From positions 51,584,001 through 51,648,000 of the forward strand of contig OX638154.1 of assembly GCA_951804945.1 (NCBI GenBank): 64,000 bases of DNA, read 5' to 3'. Numbering within the stretch: the first letter of the stretch is position 1; every line of letters starts with the position of its first letter. A program made the translations under genes and the position numbers. Shown one piece after another: positions 26,701 through 39,078 of the stretch. The stretch comes from Podarcis cretensis (lineage: Eukaryota). Under the pieces are notes generated by a model. It made no database searches and was not told the DNA's origin. It was given only the letters and a program-made list of their open reading frames with translations.

Positions 26701-27299
26701 TGTGGATTTATTTATTTTAGCCATCTCTGCCATGCTTATGAAGCCCACCAACCCCCACTACCTATTTTCACTTGCAATTACAAGTCAGTAGAGAGTAGCC
26801 TTCCCCAATTCCCATCAGCCCCAGCAAGCATAGCCAATGGTGAGGAATGATGAGAATTCTAGTACAAAACATTTTGGGGTTGGGGAAGGCGATATAAAGC
26901 ATATGCATGTGCCTCACAAGTAGAGAGGAGCAATGTAAGAAAACGCACATAAATAATGTTTGGAAATATCCAGGGTCAAGGAACAGGAGGCTAGGAGTTT
27001 GAATCCCCTTTCTTGGGGGTTCCCTCTGCCTCCTGTCAGTCATGAAGCAGGTCATCATTGCTTGCTGTTACTATATTTTAATACTTGCTTTTGTTATATT
27101 TGAAGGCAGTGATGGACTGGATGTGGGCCAACAAATTAAAAATGAATCCTGAAAATCCAGGAGCTGGGAGGGCAGCCTCTTCTGAGCAGGGTTGCAATCC
27201 CCTGGAAGAAGCAGGTTCATAGCTTGAGGGTGTTGTCCAGCATTGTCACTTGAGGTGGCTAATTTCCTGCTATGGCTTGGTTTGCCAGCTACAACCCCT

Positions 27300-27870
27300 T
27301 GTGGACAGAGGTGACTTCGCCACAGTGCTGCATGCTCTGGTAACTTCCAGATTGGACTACTCTTCATGAAGATGACTTGGAAACTTCAACTGGTTCAAAA
27401 TTCAATGGTCAGATCGCTTGCTGGGTTTGCCTTTAGCACTTATGCAACTCATGTTCTAAAACAGCTACATTTTTCTGCCAATTCAAGGTGCTCATGCTAG
27501 TTTTTAAAGCTCTAAATTATTTAAGCCCCAAACATCTGAGACACTGCTGCCTTCTCTACAGACCCTCTCAGATATTAAGATCAGCAGAGGGACCCTTTGA
27601 GTGGCTCTGCCGCCCTCAGAAATTCAAGGTGGTGGCTCAGGAGAGGACATTCTTTGCAGCAGCTTATGAATAGTGGCACCTTTGCTATATAGCCTTTGTC
27701 AGTTGCTGAAGACACACCTTTTTATCCTGGTGTTTTTGGTGTTTTCAGATGTGTGTTTTCAGGACCCACCTGAAATTAGTTTTAACTGTTTTTAATACTG
27801 AATTTAAATCATAGTAACCAGCCCTGGCACCTGCTGATGAAGGGTGGGTAATAAATTTAACAACAGCAGC
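27300..27870 (+). mobile_element. Old L2-type LINE 3' fragment
   Basis: Decayed motifs ALVTSRLDY (about 27335), FKVLMLVFKAL (about 27483) and an RTF..AA-like motif, followed by a tail gatgaagggtgggtaataaattt. Confidence 0.65.
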
Positions 27871-29335
27871 AATGTAGCAGCAGCAGTAGTAGTATTGGTA
27901 GTAGTAGATGTTTTCCTGGTCTGGGTTACAAAACATTAAAAACAAACCTGACAATGCTGCTGCTGCTGTATTAAAGAACAGTCAACTTATTAGTATTATA
28001 TGTGAAAGCACCTTAAGAGTGGCAGAAGGAAGGCTTTTCTGGCTGGCGTCCCCTGCACTGCCCCCTGCCAGCCCCAGCGTAACAATAGGAAGGGCTCCCT
28101 ACATCATTTTTATTACATAGCAAAGCTCAGTGAGGTTCATTTTTTCTCTCCCTGACATATAGACTTAGGCTACAGTCTCAATTCATCCTTCTAAATAATG
28201 TAGGTGGCGGCAGTTGATTCACATTAGTTTTCCTTCTGTTGCAATGATATGAAAACTGAATTTGACCTCCGTTCCTTGAAGTGGGAAGAGCGGAGACAGC
28301 AATTTTGGCTTCTGTTCACAGTGCTGTTTTCTCTGGCAAATGGAAATGGGTTCAGACTCTGACAAGCAGACAGGTTAATGCTTTTTCTCTTGGTTCAGGT
28401 GTGTATGTGTTTCTGAGCAAATGCCCTCTTCTGCCATCTCTGGAATCTCAACTTCTGGAAGAACCAAGAAAGTCTTTGCTACTCAGGAAGTATGGAGGTT
28501 CTGATCTGGCAATGTGACATCAAGGCTACTTCTACATTCACCCTTTGCTTATTTTCCCCTTCACCATTGTCATCCTTACTTCCTCCACAAACTAGCAGCC
28601 CATTTGAAATGATTTCCAGAGGAAACAACTGGACAGGGTTCAGCACTCATCTATGATGGACGAGATAAGGAACAAGAATGCAATTCAAGCCGTATTTGTC
28701 CCTAATGTGGGTTGGGCTGATTTCAGGTTTAAATTGGATTTAACACAAGTTGTACCATTTTCTGATGCTGACTTATTAATTGTATTGATGGTTGTATTGA
28801 GGTCTTTATCATAAATGAAAGGAGTAGTCTTCAGAAGCAGAGATGCAAAGGACTTCTCAGGGTACAATCTTGTAATCCTTTTGGTTTGTAGGTTTCTAAG
28901 GTTCTGTTATTCGTACTTTATGGGGAAGTGAAGGTTTAATTTTAGAGAATCAAATTGATAATTAAAGGAAAGAGAGTAGTGCACCAAGATGCAAATTGGT
29001 TGTGTGAAGATGGTATTTGTTGTGATATTTCAACGAATAAACCTGAATTCTTTTGAAAGTTTCTGTGCTTGGTAAAAATGGATGTGTTCCGTAAGAAGTG
29101 AATTGAAAAGGTGTCAGTAACTGTTTGCCTGTGCAGCTATAAAAACTGGACACAGCAGGTGCTTTTTAGCAACAACCAAGTGGAAGTGGTGTTTGGTGGA
29201 CCCTCTGAGAAGTGCCATGCCACACTTTTACCAGAAACCCTTTGTGTCCTAAGTTAGGGACACAGAGCAAAAATTTACACGTTTTGTAAATATATTATTA
29301 TAACCAATATTGTCTGTGTTCTATTTTCCACATAG

Positions 29336-29446
29336 GAGCTCTACAGATTGAGAACAGTGAAGAGTCAGACCAAGGCAAATATGAATGTGTCGCCACGAAC
29401 AGTGCTGGGACCCGTTACTCTGCTCCAGCCAACCTTTATGTGCGAG
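29336..29446 (+). CDS. PTPRF: PTPRF exon, C-terminal part of Ig2 (111 nt, phase 1/1)
   Basis: ttccacatag|GAGCT...GTGCGAG|gtaaag. Translates (G)[36 protein letters not shown]. Not in the ORF track; read directly. Confidence 0.96.
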
Positions 29447-30773
29447 GTAAAGTTAGAGAAGGCAAACTTCCATCCCTTTCTACCTTCTCTTCTGTGTCTA
29501 CACCTTCTCTAATGACCCATGAGATGTTGCAGTGAGAGGTTACCTTTATGATGTATTGTAAATGATGAAACCTAAATGCCCAACCAGTCATTGAGTTCAA
29601 GCTTTGGAAAGTCAATTCTTGCCACAATTTTTTTTCTTTATTTCATTTTTTTCACCAGAGCTTCTTTAATGGTCAAACTGGTTAAACCACTGTCATAAAG
29701 GGGGCAGAAGTTCATGTTTAATTATTTGTATATTTTGTTAAACAAAAGCGTGTTTGGGGGCTTTGTGAAATTAGTGGGTCTCTCTTTTTCTCACCTCCAC
29801 CCTTTTTGGGGAGGGTTTATTTATTTATTTTAATGAGATAAAGGTTTGAGCATTCATTTCATAAGCTTGACTTGTTCTCTTGCAGGTGAGTTGGTGCATC
29901 ATGTTGACTCTGGAATAGCATGTTAGTTTCCATAAGCTCTCTTGGTCAACACCTTGTCAGCAATGGGGATTATTGTAGAAGCTATTACAATAGCTTCCAT
30001 TCCTGCTGAGAATCAGCTTCAGTTTGTTGCACGAAGCCACTTTGCCAGACTGTTTTCTTAACTTGTTATTATTCCTAGATCTCAAAGTCTTTTCACTCAC
30101 TGCGTTAAATTTGATACAGAATTTTGTGTTTGGAGAGCAGAGAGTTTGGTACTTCATTAAAAGCTGATGAGTTTTCTGTTCTGTTTTACATGGGGACAAT
30201 GTGTGTTCTCCTTGGCCAGACCTTGTATTAGCCAGGGATATTAATGTAAGACACCCTTGGAGGTGTGGTTTGGTACTTACATAACAGTGGGAAAGAAGAA
30301 GAGTGTCAATTTGGTGCCTTTGACTGGTTGGCAGTTAAACTCATATTTTATTCCTTCTTAGGTCCTGGATCTCAGTAACTACCCGTTTAGAAATACTGTT
30401 TCCATCTTCATTCCTTCCTCTGTCTTTTCTCTTTTTTCTCTCTCTCTGTCTCCCCACTTGATCGTTGCTTCCTAATACTCATGCACACGCCTTTTATTTG
30501 TGGGGTGGAGGGGAGCTGCCTTAACCAAGCTAAGGAAGAGTTATTCCCAGGAGAAGCCAAAATGACTTACTGTGTGATTGCTTCTAGGTCTCTCGGTTAC
30601 TCTCATTGTGTTCAGCACTCATTTTCTACAGGTGCCGTTTCATCTTGCAGAACAATTTCAACATACAAATCTGTACGATGCTGAAGTTTCAGATAGTCTC
30701 GGAACTCTTTATCTGTGCAGCAGAAATGCCCATTTCTCAAGCATAATGTGCTTATTATTGACCTTATATACCC

Positions 30774-30780
<7 letters not shown>

Positions 30781-30809
<29 letters not shown>
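30781..30809. repeat. (TG)n microsatellite
   Basis: Direct reading. Confidence 0.95.
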
Positions 30810-30811
<2 letters not shown>

Positions 30812-31765
30812 TCAGCTCTAGTAAAAATAATGTCATATCTCCCCAGAGTAAAGGGAGGGTGTTTGTTTGAACATATTTCATGTTTATATTGTTGTGTAAA
30901 TTTTTGAACATTCTTAATCACTTTCACATTTTATTTCAAGTATCTTTCTCTGTGTCGAGCCTTTCCAAAAAAGCTTGGGAAGGCTAATGTTTCACCTGAA
31001 TACACAGCTTGCCAAGGCAAAGAAACCTCACCTTTAAACCTGCCTGATTCCCTGTTTGTTGAGACTTTCTTTATTTAGCTGGAGAACTCCCCTTAGATTC
31101 TAAGGAGTGCAGTAAACTGTGACCCCAGGTTTGATGCGAAGAGCAGGTTGTTCAGCTAGCTGGCTGGCTGGCTGGCTCTCTCTGGAGATAAGGTGACACA
31201 AGCCAAGCTTCTAGTAAGGATATGTTTCTAGCCCTGTGTGTGTGGCTCATTTTCTATTAACTGTTGTATTTCTCAGGCATAAATTTCGAAACAAGCCTCT
31301 TTTTATTGCGTATAATCTTTACAAGGTTGGACTCCAAGCTGCAGGATTGAGATAAAGCCCCATAGTATATAAAAGACAGGTTACTACATAAATTGTCCCC
31401 TGTGGAGGTTTGCCATATGTACTGTTTCTTGGACTATATTTGTGCAGGCGGCTTCGTTTTATAGAACAAAATAGACACCCTAACCAGCCCAGTGAAAGAC
31501 TTTCACCATTCCTTTGGCTCCCAATCAATTGCCAAAGCAGGAGGCTACTTCCCTTGTTTGAGAAAACAGAACAGGATGTATGCACAAATATTATCCACAT
31601 GTTATATTACTGAAACCATACAAGTTTCATGTCACTAGAGGCAAGGAATACTGTAACCATGATGACCCCTTCTTGCTTGCAAAGTGTCCTAAGGTAGGGT
31701 TGGTTTGCATCAGGGGATGGAGTATTCAATTTTCCCACTGCTGTTCCTGTGTGGGTGTGTATATG

Positions 31766-31809
<44 letters not shown>
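31766..31809. repeat. (CA)n/(CG)n microsatellite
   Basis: Direct reading: cacacacgcgcgcgcacacaca... Confidence 0.95.
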
Positions 31810-31810
<1 letters not shown>

Positions 31811-32992
31811 CTGCTTTTATCCCAACCAAGGTTCTGGATTCCTGGTAACCTTGAAATCACAGGTCTGGACCCTCACAAACGAAAAGATGAGGGTTGCAGT
31901 TTCAAGGGAAAGTGGCTGGTAAAGGAAGGTTAAGAATCACTTTTACTCCTTCCCCTTTACTCCTCCTCCTCCCTCCTTGCACTGCATCCCCTTGCAACAG
32001 CACTTTGCAAGAGAGGAGGAGGAACCATTCAGGGGTTTGTTACCCATAGCTGCAACATAACATGCAGCTTGTCCCTTACCCTTGTTCAGATGTGCATCCA
32101 AAGAGTTAAAAGCATCCTACAGTGTGTGGTCTCTGTGTAGCTCTGAGAAGAGTAAATGGCAAGCCACAGTAATCAGTGTAGCTGGCGCCTCCAATCCCAT
32201 ATAGTTTTCTGTGTGTATAATATAACCTGCATGTATAATAACCGAGCACTTTTCCTTAGTGCTCATATCATTTTCATAACTCCTCTCAATAATCCTTACA
32301 CTCTGTAAAATAAACCACTATCAGTATCCACATACTACAAATTAGGAGGTGAAACTGAGAGAGACCTGCTTGTTGGGAGCAAATCATAGCTGAGCTCTTT
32401 GAACTGGGTACTTCCTCTCTCTTAGACCACACCTTTAACCACTTCCCTACATCAACTAATCTTGTGTACATGGGGAAAAAACAGTCAGTGGGAAAAGGAG
32501 ATAATTCTTTCCATGAATAAAATATAGCATGCAGGGGGATGGTCTGAGTAGCTGTACATAGGTTGAATGTGATTTGTGGATCTCAGATGGTTGGATTAGC
32601 TCTTGCGGCATCCTACCAAAATGTTTTTCTCTCTCTCCTAGCAACCTTTTAAGTTGAAATGGTTGTCACTTGGACTCTTCTGCATTTTCCGTCTAGCTTC
32701 AGTGGATACAAACTCCAGGGTGGATAATTTGGTCTAGTTATATTCCTCCCGCACATAAAAAAGTTTGCTCTCTGAGCCACATATCCTTCTATCGCTTAAG
32801 AGTTCTTGAGTGCTGTAAAACCAAAATAAATTGAGCATCAGCTAAGAGTTACCCATTACTGTGTCATCCAGATTATGTCAGCCCAGTTAGTAATGCAATT
32901 TTGAAGGATTTTTTTTATGAACAATAAAATTGCTAATTTAATCAACTATTAAAGTAAAATGTTGATGTTGACCCACAAAACCAGAGATTGGT

Positions 32993-33070
32993 TAGGCTGC
33001 AATCCTGTACCCACTTATTTACATGGGAGTAAGACCCACTGAATTCAGTGAGAGTTGCTTCTGAGTAAAT
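32993..33070. repeat. Short palindromic dispersed repeat (GGCTGCAATCC...TGAATTCA... family)
   Basis: Similar 80-100-bp units recur at about 388-460, 8255-8360 and 19480-19560. Confidence 0.55.
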
Positions 33071-36000
33071 AGATGGAACTGTTACTACCTATCTGTACGA
33101 AAAGCTGATCACATTGTGACTTTTAAAAAAATCTTCATAAGCCTTATACAGAAAGGTGCTATGATTAAAAAAACACCAACTTTACACTGCGATAAGGTAT
33201 GTCTTGCCCTTTTTCTATGCATAACTAGCTGGTAAGAGTTAGCATGTAAAGATTTTAAATAGGAGTTCTTAAAAATAAATATTAAGCAAGCACACCTGTT
33301 TCTTTGTCACAGACTTCTCCAGTATGATGAAATGCATTGTATTGTTAGTTAAATTATAACAGCTATTTCTAAATGGGCATCTATACGTATAAATTGGCAT
33401 ATACAATTTTTAGGCAAACCAGTGCCCTCTTTTGTCCTCTTTTGGGGTGATGGATTTTCTTGTTTGGGGTGGGGGTTATTGTACAAGTAGTCACCCTAAC
33501 TGTTACCACTTTGGCTCTTCTGCAGAGGATAGGAGAATGTGCTATAAGGTTTATACATAAATTATCAAAGTGATCAGGGTTACTGGGAGCTTCTCTGACC
33601 TTATCAAAGTAATCAGGGTTAGTAGGAGTTTCTTACTTTCTGTTTCTCTGTGGAATACTGGGAACAGCATTGTGCCTTCTGATTGCTTGTCCAATATCAC
33701 ATTTGTTATTTTGATGCTGTTGCCCCTCATCAAGTGAGACTAGCAGTTGCTGTCAGACTACTGACAGATGGGGCCCATGAAACATGGAACACTTAAAGCC
33801 TCTCTTGGCCCCTGTAGGTGATAGCAGAACTTGAGGTTGTGGTGTCAGGTATATTTTGCATATATTGCTCTTTCCATGGAAGATGTAAACTACTGCACTT
33901 CTTACTGTCATGCCTTTAAGTCCCAGTGTTCTGAAAAGAGCAGGAGGACTTGCTTCCTGCAGTGCCAGAGATAAGGGATGAAGAGAAGGGCTCTGGGGAG
34001 AAAGTGAGCATTCCAATTCACTAGGTGTTGGCATATTTACTGATAAAGCAGGCACAATTTCAACATGAGATGAGGTGTAGCTGCTTCCATCCAGGGTCTT
34101 TCCAGAGCAGACTCAGCTGCAGATGTTCATTTCCTATAATCCATTAGTATAAGAAGTGATTAAGAGATAATCCAGCAATTAGTAACAAATTACAGGCCCC
34201 AAGATCATTCTTGACTGACGGGCCTGAAAGTTATCTGTTTGTATTAGTGTGCTTCATAAGTGAACCTTGCTTACTGTAATCTAAAGTACAAACACATGTG
34301 GGCAAACCATTACAGCTTGCCTGGCCTGGGCTTTGTACTGATGAGTTGTATAGCATTGTTGTGCACCTCAGATAGCACAGTCTTCTTTTCATATTGCCTA
34401 CCTCAGTGTTAGTTCCTTTTTTGTGGAATGCTGGTAATTTTGCAAAGTAGTTGCCTCTATGCAACTACTTTTCACTGGGGTAGTAAAACTGTATCTGGGC
34501 TGATACATTTCAGACCGCTAGTGGGGTTCACATGATTCAATGCTCTCTTTCCTATAAAAATATCACTTCCACCTAGAAAACTAAATGTCAAAGGGAAAGA
34601 TTCTAGCCTAGCCTTCTCTCAGAGAATACTAATTCGTACAGGAATTATTATTAATAATATTATTAATATTTTGGCTCCATATTGGCGAATCTTTAATTAT
34701 GTAATCCTCCTATCTGTACTCTGAAGCGGTACAGCCCCAGACACAGGTCTGCTCACCTCACTGAGAAATGGGGAACTGAGCCAAAATTCAAACCCACCCA
34801 AATTGCTGAAGTCCCAAAGATTTGAACCTTTTTTAATAGGAAGGTTATATAGCTGGGATTCTAATCCCTTCATACAGCAGATTAGATTCAAATAATAGAA
34901 TCTTATGAACAATCATTTGACTACATATCCAAAGGCGGAACCTTTAGCATCTTCCCATCATCCCCTGAAACAACTGTGGAACTACAAATGTGGTACAATC
35001 CTCCTGTCACACTCAGAAAAGAGAAAGTACTTTTCCCATTCACTCCAGGGTGGTGACAAAGGAGTAAGCAGAACTAAAACGATATTTCCACTTTCTGTAC
35101 TTAATGGCTACTGCAACACACTTCATTCTGGTCCTTGAGCAAGTGAGCACATACTCTTCGATTCTATGCAAAGAGAGGAGTACAGTGCTTCCTTTCCCCT
35201 TCCTCCCCCACATCTATTGTGTATCAGTGCTGAGAATATGCACTGTGGAGTATATCTTAGCTTCCATGGTACTTCTTGGTGCAGTCTGTTTAAGGAGCAG
35301 GTAGGTGGCTGCACATCATGAAAACTAGCTGAAATCCCATCCTCTCTCATCCTTGCAAATGAATTACTGATGGAACCAACCATACAGTGTATATCTTTCC
35401 CATTAAGGCTTTTAATTGAGAGTGTGCTCTGCTGACAGGCAATGTCCTCCCTCCACACCCGCTGTGCCTTTTCCCACCCTTAAAATGTGACTCATAAGCA
35501 GTTTCTAACCACCAGAACAGTCTCTGCATTCTCTCAGCAAGGGTTCAATTTCAGGCGATTCACCACAGATATTAGCTGCTATAAGGTCATTCCTGCAAAG
35601 GAAACGAGGTCTTCCATGCCCTTCAGGGAAACACAACTAACCTCTTACTGTCTCTCCTGCAGGAACAAAAACAGGAATGTACTGGATTGCCCTGCTGATT
35701 TGGGGTGATTGTTGCTTTGACTTCTTGCCCTCCTTTCTTTCCCAGTTCAGTGCATCAGGTGTCCTGACACAGCAACTGGTTCATACTGCACTAATGTTTC
35801 TCTGCTGCTTTTAGCTCTGTTTGGAAAGAGGGAGAAAGAGGCTCTTCATCCTTAAAGAATTCCCATTGTTCACCAGGACTGCTTCCTCTGTGTTGAGGAG
35901 TGATGGGGCATGTGTGCAGATACTGAGCTGTGTGAGAGAGGCAGGTGGGGGTTAAAGTGCCTCCGCTACTGTCTGTACAGTTGGAATGGAGCTTGGCACT

Positions 36001-36414
36001 TGACTGAAAATCCTGTGGTGTCTGAAATGTGGTGGGTATGTCCATGAGTGTGTGCACACTTGTTCTTGCCTGTACTTGGCCAGAAGTGGGAGCAGCCTAC
36101 CAAAATCAACTTGGCTCTTGGTGTTCCTGGGACATGTGCTCCTATATACTGATGGTCTGGTTGTGTGCATCTGGATGAGGAAGAGAAGCTGAATCCAGTG
36201 TTCTGTGGCAGGAATGTTTGTGTGTGTGTGTGCGCGCAGTTGCACAGTGGGTAGTCCTGGCCGGTCTCTACCATCATGTCTTGTTGTTTCAGTGCTGTGC
36301 AGACACATGCAGCTTGGCCTGTTTTTACTCTCTGTGTTTTTCCTTGTCTTTTTTTATTCCCTTCTCATCTTCATCGCACAATGTCATCAAACAAAACAAA
36401 CTTTCATCTCTCAG

Positions 36415-36426
36415 ATCCGCGAGAAG
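36415..36426 (+). CDS. PTPRF: 12-nt microexon meB (DPRE), Ig2-Ig3 linker
   Basis: ctttcatctctcag|ATCCGCGAGAAG|gttggt. Phase 1/1 gives D-P-R-E, compared with ELRE/DQRE for LAR-RPTP meB as recalled. Three TGCATG sites lie downstream (36618, 36664, 36713). Confidence 0.9.
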
Positions 36427-36617
36427 GTTGGTCCTTTTCACTTCTTATCCATCTACAGTATGCCACCTCTGATGAGACTTTTCCAGTAGGGGATGGAGAG
36501 CCAGCCCTGCAAGGGGAGGGTCTGATGGCCCCTGGCTCTCTGCCAGGCACTGCCATAGCAGGCCTGAATCTGCTTCCTAATTGCTATGTCCTTGCTGACA
36601 GCATTGACCACACTGCT

Positions 36618-36718
36618 TGCATGCCTTTTGTCGCTTGATGTTTAAAATGCACAGACCCTTATCTGCATGCAGTCCATCCCAAAGATTTCCGTGTTTTGAG
36701 ATGGGAATGGGGTGCATG
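36618..36718 (+). promoter_or_regulatory. RBFOX (UGCAUG) cluster downstream of meB
   Basis: TGCATG at 36618, 36664 and 36713, about 190-290 nt downstream of the microexon, where RBFOX sites usually promote inclusion. Confidence 0.65.
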
Positions 36719-37518
36719 TACATAGAGAGTAGGCAGCAGAGTGGGTTTTGCCTTAATCTGTTACTTTGTTAGACTCCTGTGTGACCTTTCCTTTTTGTTG
36801 AGGAATGCAAAGTACTGATTTGAAGTTTTGGTCAGGGTGGACACCGCTCGCTCACAGTGTAAGCTGCTTGGTATAGAGTAGGAAGAGGAAGGAGCAACTG
36901 ATAGAGGCACCATAGCTGCCTTTTTAACACATTGAATTCATTCCACATCACACTTGTGTTTGAGATGCTGTGTTTATGATACATGCAAAGCACCACTGAT
37001 GTAACTGAAAAAGCAGAGTTTCTTCATGCTGGATCATTTTTGTTTATAAGATTGATACCTGTATACCTGAAACCCAGGGACTTCATTCTTCCCTGGACAA
37101 GGACTCACTCAGCAAGGGCAACAACTGTACTAGAGAAAGGAAGGTGTGCCGTTATCTTACCTGCCTTTCTCTTATTGACAGTGCTGTGTTGCCTGGACTT
37201 AGCAGTGCCATAACCTGAAGCAATTCCTATTGCTTTATCAACAACTTTCTCTGACCCAAGGTAGTATTCCTTTGATGAAAGAAACAGAATCCATAACTTT
37301 AGAGGCCCAAAAATGACCAATTAATAGAGAATGGTGGATATTGAGAGTTAGGAAATGTCTGTGCATTAGTTCTGAAGGGGGATAATGTTCATCCTTCAGT
37401 CCACATGCTCCGCTATTGCATCGCTTATGTTTCCACACTTTTTCCTGTGTACCTGTAATGATCATAGGACTGTGACTACCCTATTCTGCATGCCAGGACT
37501 TATGGTTGGAGTCTGTAC

Positions 37519-37730
37519 TTTAATAATAATAATAATTTTTATTTATACCCCGCCCTCCCCAGCCAAGGCTGGGCTCAGGGCGGCTAACAAGCAATAATAA
37601 AAACAAGTTGAATGAATACAACTTAAAAACAAAATTAAAATACAACATTAAAATATTAAATATTAAAATGTAGCCTCATTGCAGGAGGAGAAAGGAAAAG
37701 AAAAAAGAAAGAGGGGGAGGGAATCAAAAA
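37519..37730 (-). mobile_element. L2-like 3' tail fragment
   Basis: (TAA)n followed by tttataccccgccctccccagcc...gggcggctaacaa, antisense and similar to the tail at 4910-4993. Confidence 0.6.
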
Positions 37731-38356
37731 GCACCTACTTTTCCAAGTTACTCTTCTGTTGTTTGTGCTTCTTGTTTAGCACAATAGCACTAAAATACAT
37801 GAAGCCTGAGACACTGCTATTTGGACATTCCCTTAAACCAAGACTCCTCAATCTGCTACACAGCCATACGAAGTGAACTTCATTAGAATTAGAATTAGAA
37901 CTTGTTTAATGAGCTGTCATTGCAGTTGTCCCAGAGCTGTTGCTTTTGTTTTCATTTTAGTTCTCTGAATATGCTCCCCCTTAACAAGGGGAGAAAGTTT
38001 TATTGTTTTCAGACATAAACCAAAGCTTGTTTAGGGCAACATTGTATGTGATCCTGGCAGGAATTGAAGCTGAGAGATAGTGAAACAATCTGAAGCTGCA
38101 CAGATTCTGTTTGCCTGGCACTTTCATGTCTAAGGTCAATTAACCTGAAAAAATTAAATCCCTTCTTTCAGTTGGAACCACCAGCATATATCAATAGCAA
38201 AAGTAGCCTTGATTGACAGATATACACTTAGGGCTGTTTCATGCATTATGCTTACACCTTCACATATTAAAATCATAAGTGTGACTTCCATTTTCTCCAG
38301 TGCACAAATAGGTGTGTTTTATTTTTATTATTAGTTACACTTTGCAAACCATATAT

Positions 38357-39078
38357 TTGTTGTTTAGTCGTTTAGTCGTGTCCGACTCTTCGTGACCCCA
38401 TGGACCAGAGAACGCCAGGCACTCCTGTCCTCCACTGCCCCCCGCAGCTTGGTCAGACTCATGCTGGTAACCTCGAAAACACTATCCAACCATCTCGTCC
38501 TTTGTCGCCCCCTTCTCCTTGTGCCCTCCATCTTTCCCAACATCAGGGTCTTCTCCAGGGAGTCTTCTCTTCTCATGAGGTGGCCAAAGTACTGGAGCCT
38601 CAGCTTCACAATCTGTCCTTCCAGTGAGCACTCAGGGCTGATTTCCTTCAGAATGGAGAGGTTTGATCTTCTAGCAGTCCATGGGACTCTCAAGAGTCTC
38701 CTCCAGCACCATAATTCAAAAGCATCAATTCTTCGGCGATCAGCCTTCTTTATGGTCCAGCTCTCACTTCCATACATCACTACTGGGAAAACCATAGCTT
38801 TAACTATACGGACCTTTGTTGGCAAGGTGATGTCTCTACTTCTCAAGATGCTGTCTAGGCCTGTCATTGCCCTTCTCCCAAGAAGCAGGCGTCTTTTAAT
38901 TTCGTGGCTGCTGTCACCATCTGCAGTGATCATGGAGCCCAAGAAAGTAAAATCTCTCACTGCCTCCATTTCTTCCCCTTCTATTTGCCAGGAGGTGATG
39001 GGACCAGTAGCCATGATCTTCGTTTTTTTGATGTTGAGCTTCAGACCATATTTTGCACTCTCCTCTTTCACCCTCAGT
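38357..39078 (-). mobile_element. 5'-truncated BovB (RTE clade) LINE with an uninterrupted ORF C-terminus
   Basis: ORF 38364-39113 contains GLKLNIKKTKIM...EIKRRLLLGR...FPVVMYGSESWTIKKADRRRIDAFELWCWRRLLRVPWTARRSN...VHGVTKSRTRLND. It has a (CAA) tail and an 11-bp TSD AAACCATATAT at 38346-38356 and 39079-39089. Confidence 0.95.

Noticed and set aside
33562-33633. Imperfect direct duplication with a 39-bp period (TTATCAAAGTRATCAGGGTTA...)
   Set aside because: Two copies only; a local tandem duplication, not an array.
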